From: Octopus vulgaris
Lineage: Eukaryota
Direction of reading: 5' to 3'
Assembly (NCBI GenBank): GCA_951406725.2
Contig: OX597822.1
Location: 49,724,001 to 49,788,000 of the forward strand
Length of the DNA: 64,000 nt
This document shows positions 40,475 through 54,597 of this stretch, in pieces (the first letter of the stretch is position 1; every line of letters begins with the position of its first letter). The notes beneath the pieces were generated by a model, which searched no databases, was not told where the DNA came from, and saw only the letters and a list, made by a program, of their open reading frames with translations. The position numbers were made by a program, and so were the translations under genes.

Positions 40475-40992
40475 TATTTTATTCTTTTGTTCTTTTACTT
40501 GATTCTGTCATTAGACAGCGGCCATGCTGGGGCACCACATTCAAGAATTTTAGTCGAATGAATCGGTCCCTGTACATTTTTAGCAGCCTGGTACTTATTC
40601 TGTCGCTTCTCTTTTGCCAAACCGGTTGTCAAGCGGTAGTGGCGGACAAACACAGACACACAAGCACATATATATCTTCTTTTATCCTTTTCTTTCTTTA
40701 CTAGTTCCAGTCATTTGACTGCGACCATGCTGGAGTACCGCTTGAAAAGGTGCTGCAGCATCAAGCGATGTTGGGAGGACAAAAACCGGCACTACGATAC
40801 ACACACACATACAGACACACAAACACACACACAGACGCCCAGACATACACAAATATATTTGTATATACGACGGACTTTCAGTTTCCGTCTACGAAATTCA
40901 CTCACAAGTCTGGTTAACCTAAGGCTACAGTAGAAGGCACTTAGGACTGAACTCGGAACCATGTGGTTGAGAAGCAAGCTTCTCACCACAGA
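40475..40992 (-). mobile_element. Two tandem, internally deleted family A SINE copies
   Basis: Two tail motifs (~40490 and ~40700), GGCCATGCTGG/ACCATGCTGG, and the head GGAACCATGTGGTT..CTTCTCACCACA. Confidence 0.75.
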
Positions 40993-42349
40993 ACAATTTA
41001 TACATTTACAGAATGCTCATATTTTTATTCTTTCTGCTATGAAGTCGGTGTCTGAAAAATAGTCTGCACTCAGAACGACATAGACACTCCCACTTAATGT
41101 CAGCGTGCATCAATTTACTCCACTCTACTTTTAATATATTCGTTATTGGTGTTCTCATCGATAATTTTGAACTCACTCTCATTCACTCACCCAACTCTCT
41201 CTCCTCCAACACACACGCGCGCGTATACACAATTTTAAGTAATTGTGTTTTTCTTTAATTTGTGGGGAATATAAAAAAAAAATATCGGTAGTAGTATTAG
41301 TATCCTCCTCATCATCAACAACACGAAAGCCGGAGCTGTATTAGGAGCTATAGTAGGAATATAGCTATACTAACCTCAATAGCATGCTGTTGAAAGGCAA
41401 ACAAAAAGGATTACAGCAAAATTCGCAAAAGAGCTTTAGCGTATAATAGAGAGGGAAGATGTAAGACGAAATGCAAACGAGAAGACAACAAACAAGAATA
41501 ATTAGAATTATTTCTGAAGAAAATTTTGAGTTAAATAGAGATGAAAAATTTATAAAAGACAAAGAAAATCATGATGAGGATGAAAATGGTTTTGATGGTG
41601 AATAAGCAGGGAAAGAAGTTAGAAGAAAGAAGTAAAGAATTGATAATTTGCAGAAGCAGTTCGTTTTTCAATTAGCATGTTTGATGTTAGATGCTAGCGT
41701 ATTTGATGGCAATATCCTGGGAATATCAAATTACATACAATTACTTGAGACAGAATGTTTGTGAATTATTAATCCCATTATAGATTATCGAGGAATAAAA
41801 GGAAAGATAAAGCAATTTATTAAAAAAAAAATCATCTGCAAGTTATCAAGAACCACAAAAATTTAATGCATTCTTTCAAAAATCAATGTCACTTAAATTA
41901 TTTAGTAAACGAGTACGAGTTAAAAGTTTGAACACAAAAAATAGTTATTTAAAATGAATAGTATGAACAAGACTATAAACAAAACTACAATAAACTAGTT
42001 TTGAAATTGCTAAATTGAAACGATATCGAGGAGACAACAATGTTCTGAAATGGATTCATAACCAATTTTTTATATAGTGAAATACATATATTATGAGATA
42101 TATGGACACACACTTGCTTTTCTAGTGATTTCTGTTATTGCGTTGGTGTACACTTTTGTTCAATTTTTGTTTAAAGTTTGTTTTATGTGTTGATATTGCA
42201 AATTCTTGTCCGTAAACATGAAAGTATGTTGATATACATGCATACGTACGTACATACTGTATGCATATAAATTAAATATATGCATATGTATACGTAAATA
42301 TACATGCCCATACGGGCATGTATAAAGTGGACAGAGAGAAAAATAAAAG

Positions 42350-42415
42350 ATAATATATATATATATACATACATACACACACACACATACACACATATAT
42401 ATTTATATATATATG

Positions 42416-42446
<31 letters not shown>

Positions 42447-42447
42447 G

Positions 42448-42507
<60 letters not shown>

Positions 42508-42516
42508 AATTATATT

Positions 42517-42555
<39 letters not shown>

Positions 42556-42563
42556 TTGTGTGT
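42350..42563. repeat. (TA)n/(TG)n compound microsatellite
   Basis: Direct reading. Confidence 0.9.
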
Positions 42564-42838
42564 GGAGGCGCAATGGCTCAGTGGTTAGGGCAGTAGACTC
42601 GCGGTTGTAGGATCGCCGTTTCGATTCCCAGACCGGGCGTTGTGAGTGTTTATTGAGTGAAAACACCTAAAAGCTCCACGAGCCTCCGGCAGGAGGTGGT
42701 GATCCCTTCTGTACTCTTTCACCACTCTTTCATTCACTCTTTTTTCTGTTGGCATGCTCGCTTAGCCAGGCTAAAACAATGACCAGCGATGTGTAGCAAC
42801 ATCTAATAGCGTGGTCGGTCACAGTGATCACGGTCATA
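42564..42838 (+). mobile_element. tRNA(Arg)-like SINE (family C)
   Basis: A-box TGGCTCAGTGG (42574), anticodon-like GACTCGC, B-box GTTTCGATTCC (42618), then a ~200-bp non-tRNA body. Confidence 0.75.
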
Positions 42839-44531
42839 ATGTATATATATATATATATATATATATGCAAGTATGCACTGAAATCTGTATGTAATACCAT
42901 GATAATTCATAATAATCGTATATACATCGTAAATTCCCCTTCTAATCTACAGAGTACTGTTATAATGAATCATACTTGAGTTGATGTGCTAAATGAAATA
43001 CAAAGCGTTCATTAATTAGTAATACATAGCTTAAATTTCATCTTCCGGTTCATTGATCGATTATACAAATTTAAACCTGGTCAAACTTTAAGCAATACAT
43101 GCCAATTTATTATAATTCCACCCACCTTGTTTTGTTTTGTCGAATCGTTAAGTAGTGTGAAAGAAAAAATCATATAAAATTAGGTTGGGGTATACCGGCT
43201 AATAAATCTCAATGTTTACTAAGTTATTTGTCTGTAGTCGATAACTCGAATTTGCTGCGTATGTTGTTTTATTCTTTTTTAAGGGTTTCCAGTTTGTCTA
43301 CATAATTCATCCCACAACTGGAAAAACGTATGCTAACGAATTTTTCGAAGTACAAGTAAAATGTTCCTCTGTTTGGAAAAATTCACTTTTTTAAAATGGT
43401 GATCTTGGGCCTTCTGAAAGTGAAATCATATTCCACATTTTCTTGAAGCGCATGTATTTCGTAACTGATGGCGTTACTGTAACTTGGCATTTAAAAAAAA
43501 TCTTTCCATGGCTTCGATTTTCTTTTATATGTTACAAAATTCGGTTCACTACGAGATATTTTCCCCACTTTAGATAATATTCTAAGCTGTTGTTTAAAGG
43601 ATTATCGGTAGTGACACACGTAACATATTCAATTCTGGAATATTATTTTGTTATAGGTACGAAGTGTGATAATGAATAAAATCTATAAAAAAATTAGTTT
43701 GTCTCTACTTCACTTTTTCCGAAAGCCGTTAATACGTGCGATTATGTCCTGCAAAATATAGGAAGCTGTATTATTTACCACGATTTTCTGTCAGATGTAT
43801 TTTTCAGAAAAAATCTGATTCCTAAAAATATTAATTAACAATCAGAACAACAGATAATTCGTTGAGATTTCTCAAGACACTTATGTTTTCCTATTTTATA
43901 GAGCTAACTTTAGACATGATTCATTGTTTATTACGGTCTTATATTGAAATATTCAAACTCGCGTCGAACAAAAATGGTAATATCATATGTACCTAACTTT
44001 TTCAGCGGCAACGCATGTTATGATTTATATTTTATTTGTTTCGAGAAAGCGATTCGTCATTCTTATCACATAATCTTACAACGAGTCGTAATTTTCTGCA
44101 TTGTTATGAAATGTCGCTACAGAGGGATTGAGACAGATCTTAGTTCTCTTCTTATTGGCATTTGTATATTAACATACTATTTATATTACGTTAATTTGCT
44201 TTATTATATTGATGTGTTTCATTAACATAATATTTATTACGATTCTTTTAAATTCTGGTTTCCAACGTTTCATTCATTTTACCGCATACATATCTCTGTC
44301 TAAAATTTTGTTAGCATAATTGGGTTGGTTAGAGTTATCAATAATCCTGGCTCCAGCCCTGTAGTTTGCAGTGTGGTACTGTAGGATCAAAATTAATAAT
44401 GTCATCCTGGGATGAGTAAGTGTCACTTCATTACAGCTGTTTCCAACGGATTTTATAAATAGATTAATGAGTACATTGCATCATAATTAAAAGAAACCGC
44501 TTTCTTGAAATGGGACACAACATTTCAAACA

Positions 44532-44585
44532 ATGGAGGAACAACACCTGACTACAGCGGGCAAACCAAACCTGACTCCAGCCAGG
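44532..44585 (+). other. Weak candidate first coding exon ([18 protein letters not shown])
   Basis: CAAACAATGG start context, 18 open codons, AGG|GTGAGT donor; no homology recognised. Confidence 0.15.
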
Positions 44586-44649
44586 GTGAGTTGGATTCTA
44601 CGCAGATACGTTTCACATAAGTTTATATACACGTATATTCATGTATGTG

Positions 44650-45036
<387 letters not shown>

Positions 45037-45612
45037 AACTAGCCAGCTAGCTACATGCATACACACACATACGCCCATATATTTATCGGTTCCATTCACC
45101 CTGAGTTAAACTATTGATAATTTCAAAATCATTCTTAAATTTCAAGCTTAAATATACTTGTGATATAAAGCACACATGCTTTATGGCTAAGTCGGATAAA
45201 ATTATACTCAGTACGGTTTAAATATATATATTTCTCAATCTATATTGCTAATAGTTTTTTTTTTAAAAATAGCATACATACATATGCCAACATTTTTTAT
45301 TTCATATTAATTCGGTGTATGTTTTCATAAATATAAAATAAATCTCTACGTGTATTTATCGAATTTATGGTTCTTTCTATCTGATTGCATTACGCATATT
45401 TACTATTTCAGCTATGCCATTAACTGTCTATACTCTACATTTATTGGAGTCTTTATATTATTTGTTTTTCTTGTTTTGCTTCTTAATATAAGCATAAGTT
45501 GGTGAAATCCAACACTTAACAACATTTTCTTAAACAAACATTATAACTGAAAATATAGGCAGATTGAAATATGTATATGTATATCAAGCACACAAACACA
45601 CGAACACACACA

Positions 45613-45652
<40 letters not shown>

Positions 45653-45877
45653 TATATGAATACAGTTACAACATTTTCTGATTTCACGTGTTTTTATTAT
45701 GGTATTTTATAAAAAAATTTGCAGTCAACTTTGTAAAAATTCTCTATTTATTTTTTAAATACCATTATAAAAACCTGAAAATCAAACCGTCTTTATAACT
45801 TTATTCAACTGATAAATTATTCCATATACATTTACACCAATTCCGGAAAACATATAAATACATATATATAAATAGGA

Positions 45878-45938
<61 letters not shown>

Positions 45939-46744
45939 CGTGTGTGTGTATGTGTTTGTATAATGTATGTATGTATATATATCCCATATAATAGAGAGCG
46001 TGTGAAGTCAAAAATAGGCAAGGAATTATGACGATGCAAATACTATTACTAATCTTCATAACAGTTAATAATTGTATCACACCATAAATAATCCCTTTTA
46101 AGACTACAAGAAAAACGAAATAAACCAACATCACCAAGCATACATATTGATATCTTATGAAACTGTTGAACACTCATCCCATAGCGATAGACCTATAAAC
46201 CTCTCTTGTGAATTTTATTAAGATATGTAAATGATATAAAGTAAAGAATCCGTCCTCAACATATCTTTACTTAAAACTAACAAAGACTTGTGATACGGTT
46301 AATATATTCGAATTATTTGATTCTTTACTAGTTTCAACCTTTGGATTGTTGTCAAGATGGTGTAACAGCGTGAAGTGTTTATCGAGAAAATCAATCCCAT
46401 ATTCCTAGATAGCTTTTAAACATTGCATGCATTAAAAACCATAAATGACTACCCAGAACCGTTTGAACTCTCAAACAGAATACGTATTTCATACATTTTC
46501 CATTGCCAAGTAATAATTATCTAATATGTAGAATATAACGCACAGTAGAAGCATTTTGGGACATAGAATAATATACAATATACGCAGCAAACGTGGAAGA
46601 GGCAGTTGTTGTTGAAAGCAATTATTTTGTAGATGAAAATTGAATTGAAAACAAACGTAATGTGGGGCAGTTATTACTATTTGCTTCAAGAAAAGTAGAT
46701 GGCATTTTCTATGTGTAAATTTGTACATGTTCTTATAAGAAAAA

Positions 46745-46802
<58 letters not shown>

Positions 46803-46837
46803 ATTATTATTATTATCATTATTATTATTATTATTAT
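46745..46837. repeat. (ATT)n microsatellite
   Basis: Direct reading. Confidence 0.95.
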
Positions 46838-46939
46838 AGACGTTGCACAGTACACAATATCATGAGGTTGTTGATTGAAAATATTGTCTCTACAGGGATT
46901 TTGTATTGTTTGTCAAGTCACAACAATGACCACTATTTA

Positions 46940-47128
46940 TGACAGAATCGTTAGTAACCTAGACGAAATGCTTAGCGGTATTTCGCCCGTTCTGAGTTCG
47001 AATTCCGCCGTGGTCAACTTTGCATTTCATCCTTTCGGGGTCGATAAAATAAGTACCAGATGAACACTGGGACCAATGTAATCGCCTCATGCCCACCTCC
47101 CCCATGCTGCCCTTGTGGCAAAATTTTA
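46940..47128 (+). mobile_element. Family B Meta-SINE followed by (AAC)n
   Basis: GAGTTCGAATTCC B-box; CTTTGCATTTCATCCTTTCGGGGTCGATAAAATAAGTACCAG. Confidence 0.85.
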
Positions 47129-47165
<37 letters not shown>

Positions 47166-47199
47166 GCAACAACTACAACAACAACAATAACAATAATAA

Positions 47200-47768
47200 T
47201 AAGCACACAGAATCCGCTAGTATGAGAAATGCCAACGTTTCTTTGAACAAAACAAGCAGTTCAACTCCATCCTTAAAAGATTCTACCAAGAACTTGGCTA
47301 AAATAAAATAGACACTGCAACACCAACAGCAGAAGAAGTGGAAGAACTTTGGAAAGAAATATAGTCGGCGAAGGAATAACCTCAGAAAAGGTCTATCAAA
47401 ACAATGAACTCAGCACCTGAACAACTCTGAACCCCTATAACAACTGAAGAGGTCACACAGGCATTGGAAAAAATAAGCAGTTGGAAAGAACCCGGTTATG
47501 ATAAGATCTCCAACTTCTGGTTTAAATATCTGACAGGAACACACAAAAAGCTGGCTGAAAAATTTAATGACATACCAGCAGTCAGAGACAATACCTGAAT
47601 GGCTCACAAAAAGGGAAACTATCCTAATTTCCAAATCCACTGAAATGGCAAACCCACAAAATTACAGACGAATAACTTGTCTCTCTACAATCTACAAAGC
47701 CTTTACTGGAATAATAACTTGAAGAAAACAACTTGTTTCCAGAAGAGTAGAAAGGATGTTGCAAAAGT
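47200..47768 (+). mobile_element. Internal Dong/R4-clade RT fragment
   Basis: ITTEEV..WKEPGYDKISNFWFK, PEWLT..TILI.K, NYRRITCLSTIYK, NNLFPEE*KG; preceded by (AAC/AAT)n. Confidence 0.8.
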
Positions 47769-47796
47769 AAGTATACAGTTATGAAAAAAAAGGACA

Positions 47797-48035
47797 CTCT
47801 CTTTTACTCTTATACTTGTTTCAGTCATTTGAATGTGGCCATGCCGGAGCACCAACTTTAGCCGAGCAAATCGACTTCGGGACTTATTAATTCTAAGCCT
47901 AGTACTTATTCTATCGGGGTCTTTTGCCGAACCGCTGGGTTACGGGGTCGTAAACATACCAGCATCGGTTGTGAAGCGATGTTGTGGGGACAAACACAGA
48001 CACACAAACACACACACACACTCACACACACACAT

Positions 48036-48072
<37 letters not shown>

Positions 48073-48244
48073 CATATATACGACGGGCGTCATTCAGTTT
48101 CCTTCTATCAAATCCACTCACAAGGCTTTGGTCGGCCTGAGGCTATAGTAGAAGACATTTTCCCAAGGTGCCACGCAGTGGGAATGAACCTGGAACAATT
48201 TGGTTGGTAAGCAAGCTACTTACCACACATCCACTCCTACGCCT
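47797..48244 (-). mobile_element. Full-length family A SINE with internal (CA)/(TA) microsatellite
   Basis: Colinear with 22291-22666 plus an internal repeat at ~48000-48080. Confidence 0.9.
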
Positions 48245-48539
48245 ATTTATTTTTATGGATATTTATTTTTATTGAAATTTGCGATATTATTATAGTTATG
48301 GTAAAGTATTATTTTGATTAATGACAATGATAATATAATAAATGAGGCGAACTAATTTATTAATGTCCTAATAATTTTAACGAATTAAGTATTATTTATA
48401 TGATACGTACTGTAAACCTACATTTGCACCCAACTGTATGTGTGTGTGTGTGTGTACGCATATTGGTAGTTATATATGTATAATAACTCATACATAGAAG
48501 TATACGTGTATATACACTTGTACACCCACGCTCCTTTTA

Positions 48540-48925
48540 ACTTACTTTTATGTCTTAGTTGCTTTAGCTATTGAATTGCAGCCATGAAGTGGCACCGCTT
48601 TGAGGAGTTTTAGTCACACGAATCGAGTCCAGTACCTATTTCTATAATCTGACACTTATTCTATGGGTCGCTTATGCCGAACCACCCAGTTACGGAGGAC
48701 ATAGAGAGACCAATACCGGCTGTCAAGTGTAACAAGCACAAACACACACACACCCATACACCCCCACACATAGTTGTATGGCAGGATTCTTTCAGTTACC
48801 GCCTACCAAACCCATTCACAAGTCTTTGGTCAGCCCAATTCTATGGTAAAAAAACATTCGCTTAGGATGGTATGCAGTAGAACTGAACGCGGGAATGTGG
48901 TTGGGAAGGAAATTTCTTACCATAC
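48540..48925 (-). mobile_element. Degenerate family A SINE
   Basis: GCCATG..GCACCGC, CTTATTCTATGGGTC, GCCGAAC, TTTCAGTTACCGCCTACCAAA. Confidence 0.65.
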
Positions 48926-50649
48926 AGAGACACATATGAAAAAGCAAGCAAGAGCGTTTGCTGGATTCGAATGCGGAACCTGTTGTAAGTTGTTTTTTTT
49001 AAGCGCCTTAAACACTATACAGAAAAGCACATCACATATACGTCTACATATAATGCATCGGCTGGGCAACGAAATCGGGCTGTCAGCGTGGTAGATAAGC
49101 ATTCTTCCATTGAGCTATGAATTTTAATTACCTATAATTATTACATTGGGAATTTATAATAATTTTTCTGTTCATAAGTTTGAATTTTATCGGAATGCTC
49201 TTCTGAAAGAACTGGCAATAGCTTCTTGTATAAGATAAAAGATGCTATTGAAAGTACTGCATTGTGTAAAACCATTCGCAACGCAAACAATTCAGATATA
49301 AAAAGCAATTTGGTTCTTTTAACCTAAAAAGGAATGGCCCTGAAGAGTGATCTAATTTTTATGTGATAATATAAAAATAATATTCATTGTAAATGATTCT
49401 AAAACTCTCTATAATTACAAATATTAGTGGAGGCCAATGATCTTTTGAGACGATTTAATGCAATGACGAACAACAAATTAGAATTGATAAAAGCTGAATC
49501 AAACACTGAATATGCCTGAATGTGCTTTTGAAATAAGTTCAAATAAATAATTTATGTGAAATCTTTATCGACAAATTTTCTGATATTTTCAAATGTTTTC
49601 ATTATGAAAATTTCGCGATTATGCAAAATGTTCACTGCATCAATTATGCTATATATTAGGATCGATCTATTACAATGCTAGTATATTATTCAAAGTCTTT
49701 ATCAAATATATTTAAATTCGTCGCTCCTCCGTTCAAGAGTTTAATACTGGTAATTAATTAACATGTAATGATAGTGTTATCGATTAATGGGTTGTTAGAC
49801 ATATTATCTGCAGATGTTAGGAGAATGCAATTGCGATGCCTAAACATATGCAGGGACATTTGCAGTTTACTTCGCAGCGCTACGGTGGATAACTAATTTC
49901 TAACGAGAATTATCTATTCAGAACATACCAAATTTGGTTAAGAACGTTATTTCAAGTGGATCTGCAACGTTTCACAACTCTCTTTCCCTTTCACTCATCT
50001 CTCTCTTTCTCTGTGTGTGTGTGTGGGCGTGGCGCATGCGTATGGAAAGTATGTAGAGGAGTAATAGTCCACGCACTAGCATTTACTTCAATCATTGCGT
50101 GTACAGTGGAAAAAAATTTAGAGGGATTAATTTCAGTCTGTGCAAACTAGCAAGCATAAGATGCATATATATATATATATATATGCGTGGGCGCGCGCGC
50201 GTGCGTGTGAGTGTGTGCGTGTACATTTCCGTCTATGTGTGTGTATATGTAAGTATGTATGTATGTATGCATGTAAGACAATGAGGATCTTGCTTTCATA
50301 GCTCCTTAGCTGTGTGACATGCACGACTTGTTAGCTTATGTTGTATATGCTGCAGTTAACGCTGGCCTGTGTTTTTTACGCTAAGAAGACTGAATACACA
50401 TCTGTCAATGAAGATGAACATTACCTGCCAATACGGTCCTCCGAGATTTATGAACAGATTCCATCCATCTCTACTATTATTGTTCAACGCAGTGCAGGCT
50501 TAACTGACCATTGCTATCATGCTGAATATTGGGTTATATTATATATTATATTTGGAAGAATTCCGAACCCTGAGAAAAAAATGAACACCAAAACATACCA
50601 CTATAGTGATGCTACTGGCAGCAAAACACAAAGATTCCTGGTGATAGTC

Positions 50650-51190
50650 ATGTGACATTGAGTAGGGCAAAATATAGCCAAAATTCCTCTGGTGTTCTTT
50701 CAGACTGTTGTTGGGCTGTTTAACGTCTCCCTTCGATATTTATTTTCTCTTTAACTCAACACGTTCATAAGACATGTTATCTTGGACGAATACCGAGTAA
50801 CTGGTCTATCAACGCTGTATATATGTTTGATACTTAGCTAATTAATATTGATACTATCTCCATTGCATTTACTGTATTTATATTCGGTCGGCCGGCCGGC
50901 TATTCGCATCATCGGTGAATATTTTATTCTCTGTTTTCTTTATCGAAGGCGATTAATGCTCATCTAAACATGTCACTCAGTGAGTACACGTCATTGATGA
51001 GTCCCAAAATGGCTAAAATACATCTGGCGCTCTCGCTAGCTGTAGCAAGCACGGCTTTTTCTATTTTAACACAGTACGTCCATAAGAGATGTTATTTTGG
51101 ACAGATACGGCACTAACAAGCCTATGAACATTAGATACACACAGAACTAGTTTAAATTTATACTCCATCAACGATTGCGTTTACTGTTTA
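50650..51190 (+). repeat. Diverged ~336-bp tandem duplication with decayed hammerhead-like motifs
   Basis: 50656-50695 aligns to 50992-51030, and 50742-50880 aligns to 51057-51190. Confidence 0.6.
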
Positions 51191-51489
51191 TACATACATC
51201 CATGCATCTATGCATATATACATATATATATTTTATGTGTGTATGTATGTGTTTGTGACTGGGTGAGTGAGTATGTATGTGCGTAGGTGTGTGTATGTGT
51301 GCGTGCGCGCGCGTGTGTGTATGTTTATGTGTATACATCAGTAAGTAAATTTGAAATTATCGTGAAAAAGATTCATATTCTCATTGTAAGACAAATCTCT
51401 TCTGGAAGTATTCAAAATTCTAGAATCACGCACGTAAAGGAATTTATAAATTCTTTGTGTTGATAGCTTGTCTTTATAGCAAGAAAATA

Positions 51490-51569
51490 TACTACGACGA
51501 CGACGATCAACACCAAAACCAAGATCACCACCGCCACCGCCACCACCTCTAGTACTACTACTACTACTG

Positions 51570-51609
<40 letters not shown>

Positions 51610-51610
51610 C
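51490..51610. repeat. (TAC)/(CAC)/(GAC) trinucleotide tract
   Basis: Direct reading. Confidence 0.9.
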
Positions 51611-52785
51611 TGCACAACTACCAATGCTGATGTTGCACGAGAGAGGTCAATAGAAGAAAAGAAATAGAAAACACCCTAATTTTCGGAAGCAGCTGTTTTT
51701 TCCGTTATTGAAGTTTGAAACAGCACATTTTGCTGCAATATCAATAACAAACACAAGTATAAAACTAAAAGAAACGAAGAAAGATAAGATGAAATAAAGT
51801 GAAATGAATATATAATGTAATCGATAAGTTTGAGTCATCATTTATCTGAAATAGATATTCTTGTATGTAATAGATATTCTGGTACGTAAATAATTCTATT
51901 TTTTGTATTCTTCGATAAGCTCTCATGATTTGGTGACCTTTTTGTCCCGATATATATATGTTTGCAACAGTTTTTTTTTCTAAGTTCTTTCTCGCCACCA
52001 GAAGCATCTTTACTATTGTTATTGAATTTCAGTCTTGGGTCAAACCTGTTTGAACGGACTGATCATTAGAGAGCACTCTAAACATGGCCATCACACCTGT
52101 TTAGGGGTGCATAGAAATAAATTATCCATTATGTGATTTCCATTACGAAGATGATAAGCTAAAATTTGAAGATTGTTAAATTCTTATTTGTAGCAGTGAC
52201 GTTCCTTTATTGGCCTGTGGGTGAACTGCCATGTTTCAGGTTTATTGAAAATTGTGTTTATATACTGTTATATTTTTTAGTGAGTTCTGTTTAATTGTTT
52301 CTGGTAGAATTTCAATATTGTGTCTATTTGTTATGAAGAGTATATCATATGCAGGTTGTGACATTTTATTGGTTGGCAGCTGATATCGCATACGTTATGT
52401 TCCTGCATTATGTGTATAGTCTTTTGTGACTGTAACTGTAGAGGATATGTATTGTATAGGATATTTATTATATATTATTGGGTAAGTCTTAAACAGAATA
52501 TCAGTAGCTGCATGTTGATAGTTTGTTTTGGCAGAATCGTAAAAATGACTGACAATGTTCTGTGCAATATACATTCAAGCCCCTTACATACTCAGATCAA
52601 ATTCCTCTGAGATCGTATTTGTCTTTCATCCTTTCAGAGTCATTAAACTACAATAACTGTCTTTTCTCTTCATTAGAAACCGATAATATTTTTTCAGTAA
52701 TCTCATAATCTCATATTATTTTATTTCCACTGTGCTACCGGGTGCAGGTTTTGTGCGCTGTAAATATATGCATCATTAAAGTCAA

Positions 52786-52914
52786 TGTAACTCGTATGCG
52801 GTAAATGAAATGACGAACAAACCGTATAATATATTCCACGAAAAGGATTGAAAATTGATCGTTGAGATATACATAGTCAAAAACCTGTGCCTCATACAAA
52901 TACACACACACACG

Positions 52915-52946
<32 letters not shown>

Positions 52947-53136
52947 CATATACATAAATATTTATATGTATGTATGTATATATATATATATGTGTGTGTG
53001 TATGTGTGTGTGTGTGTGTGTATTGTATGAGGCATAGGTGTTTCACTATGTATTTCTCAACGATCAATTTTCAATCTTTTTCATGGAATATATTATAAGG
53101 TTTGTTCCTAATTTCATTTACCACAAACGAGCTATA
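52786..53136. repeat. Inverted repeat with ~115-bp arms around a (CA)n-(TA)n-(TG)n core
   Basis: GGTAAATGAAAT..ATTGAAAATTGATCGTTGAGA..TGCCTCATACAA mirrored by TTGTATGAGGCA..TCTCAACGATCAATTTTCAAT..ATTTCATTTACC. Confidence 0.85.
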
Positions 53137-53139
53137 GTT

Positions 53140-54500
53140 TCATATGTTTATATTTCAAAGACTCTCACTTATCAAAGAACATCTCTGCGTGAAAATCTGA
53201 GCACTGCCATATCTCAAGGTAGATTCCTAATTCTCTAAGATTGAGTTGCCAGAGACTATGCTGTTTCTTTGTAATCAGCAGATATTCTTCGGTAATTTCA
53301 CACCTTGGGAGTTTCTGATTGAACGCTTTAATCATGTGCTGCAATAATGAATTCATTTGTCTCTGCTTTGACACATGGGCTGCTCAGTGATTTGTATTTA
53401 TATATTCCCACATTTTTCGATTTTCTAAGATATTGACAGCGATGGGTTGTTTTTTATTACTAAGGGGTTAACTAAGCATTCTAGAATATCCTACTGTTGT
53501 TGCACATATCTTTTAACAGGTACCCGACAAGAACGTATTGATCCTGTTATCAGTTAGCCTACAATTTATATTTTTTTACTCCCTTTACATTAGGTAACAA
53601 CTTTTAGTTGTATCAATGTTGCCATTACTTCCCTGTCTTTCATTTAATACATAGCTTTTGTGACTTTTTTGGAGATATTTGTTCAAGTTATCTATTTGCA
53701 TAATGTTATATTCTTTCAGCATTGTGAGCAAATGTTTTTCTCTCGGATTTGTAGAAATGTATTATAAATGCATTCATTATTTTCTTCATTTCTGTCTTAA
53801 GTATTCCTAGTTAGCTTAATGTGCCCTTGCATTTATTTTGACTGTAATTTATTGTTGGAATAGGTAGAGTATTAATGGCTATCAACTTTACACTGTGTTA
53901 AGTATTAATCTAATGTGTTTCTAATTATACGCCAACACCCCTCTTGACCGATCAGTTTAGGATGTACTGAATTTACTCCAGTGACTCTGTAGTATAATTG
54001 TAGTACAATTATTAGCCTGCTGTCATCCTAATTCTCCCAACTCTGTTTTATTGTCTAATAAGAGTTCTAAATTCTCATCCCAACAACGTTATTCTTGCTC
54101 ATTCTTCCTAATGCAAATTTATGTCAATTCCTCTATCAAACACGTGCAGTGGCGTTTACTAGACAAGTTGTCTGGTAGCTACAGAATACAAATTAAAATC
54201 GTCTATATCAGAAGAATGGTTGATTTTTCACTGAAGTGTTTATATAGGAGCTGTGTTGAGTATAGCATGTTAGTTAAAGGCAATAAGGCCCGGCAGAAAA
54301 ACATGTTGACACATAGATTCCCTAAGTATTGTTCCTTATCTATAATCATGCACGAATTATTTTCCAGATACATTGCGAATCAATGGATTACTCAACAAGT
54401 CGTTGTAACAATCTGTTTTGTGGTTGCTTGTTGACAAGCTGGGGAGGTGCTTAGAGTATTGTATAACTTTAATAGCTGTATTATGCTCTCATCAAAATAA
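53140..54500 (-). mobile_element. Old decayed Dong/R4-clade LINE RT region
   Basis: Minus strand INHSSDIDDFNL (~INHLLYMDDLKL, ~54225), KFALGR (~54115) and ETNEFIIAAHD (~AAQDQ, ~53350). Confidence 0.6.
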
Positions 54501-54533
54501 AAAAATTCCTATCGAAACAACTGTAAGAGACTC

Positions 54534-54536
<3 letters not shown>

Positions 54537-54593
<57 letters not shown>
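54537..54593. repeat. (TA)n microsatellite
   Basis: Direct reading. Confidence 0.95.

Positions 54594-54597
<4 letters not shown>

Noticed and set aside
42564-42636. tRNA-Arg gene
   Set aside because: The acceptor stem does not close, and the sequence continues into a SINE body between microsatellites.
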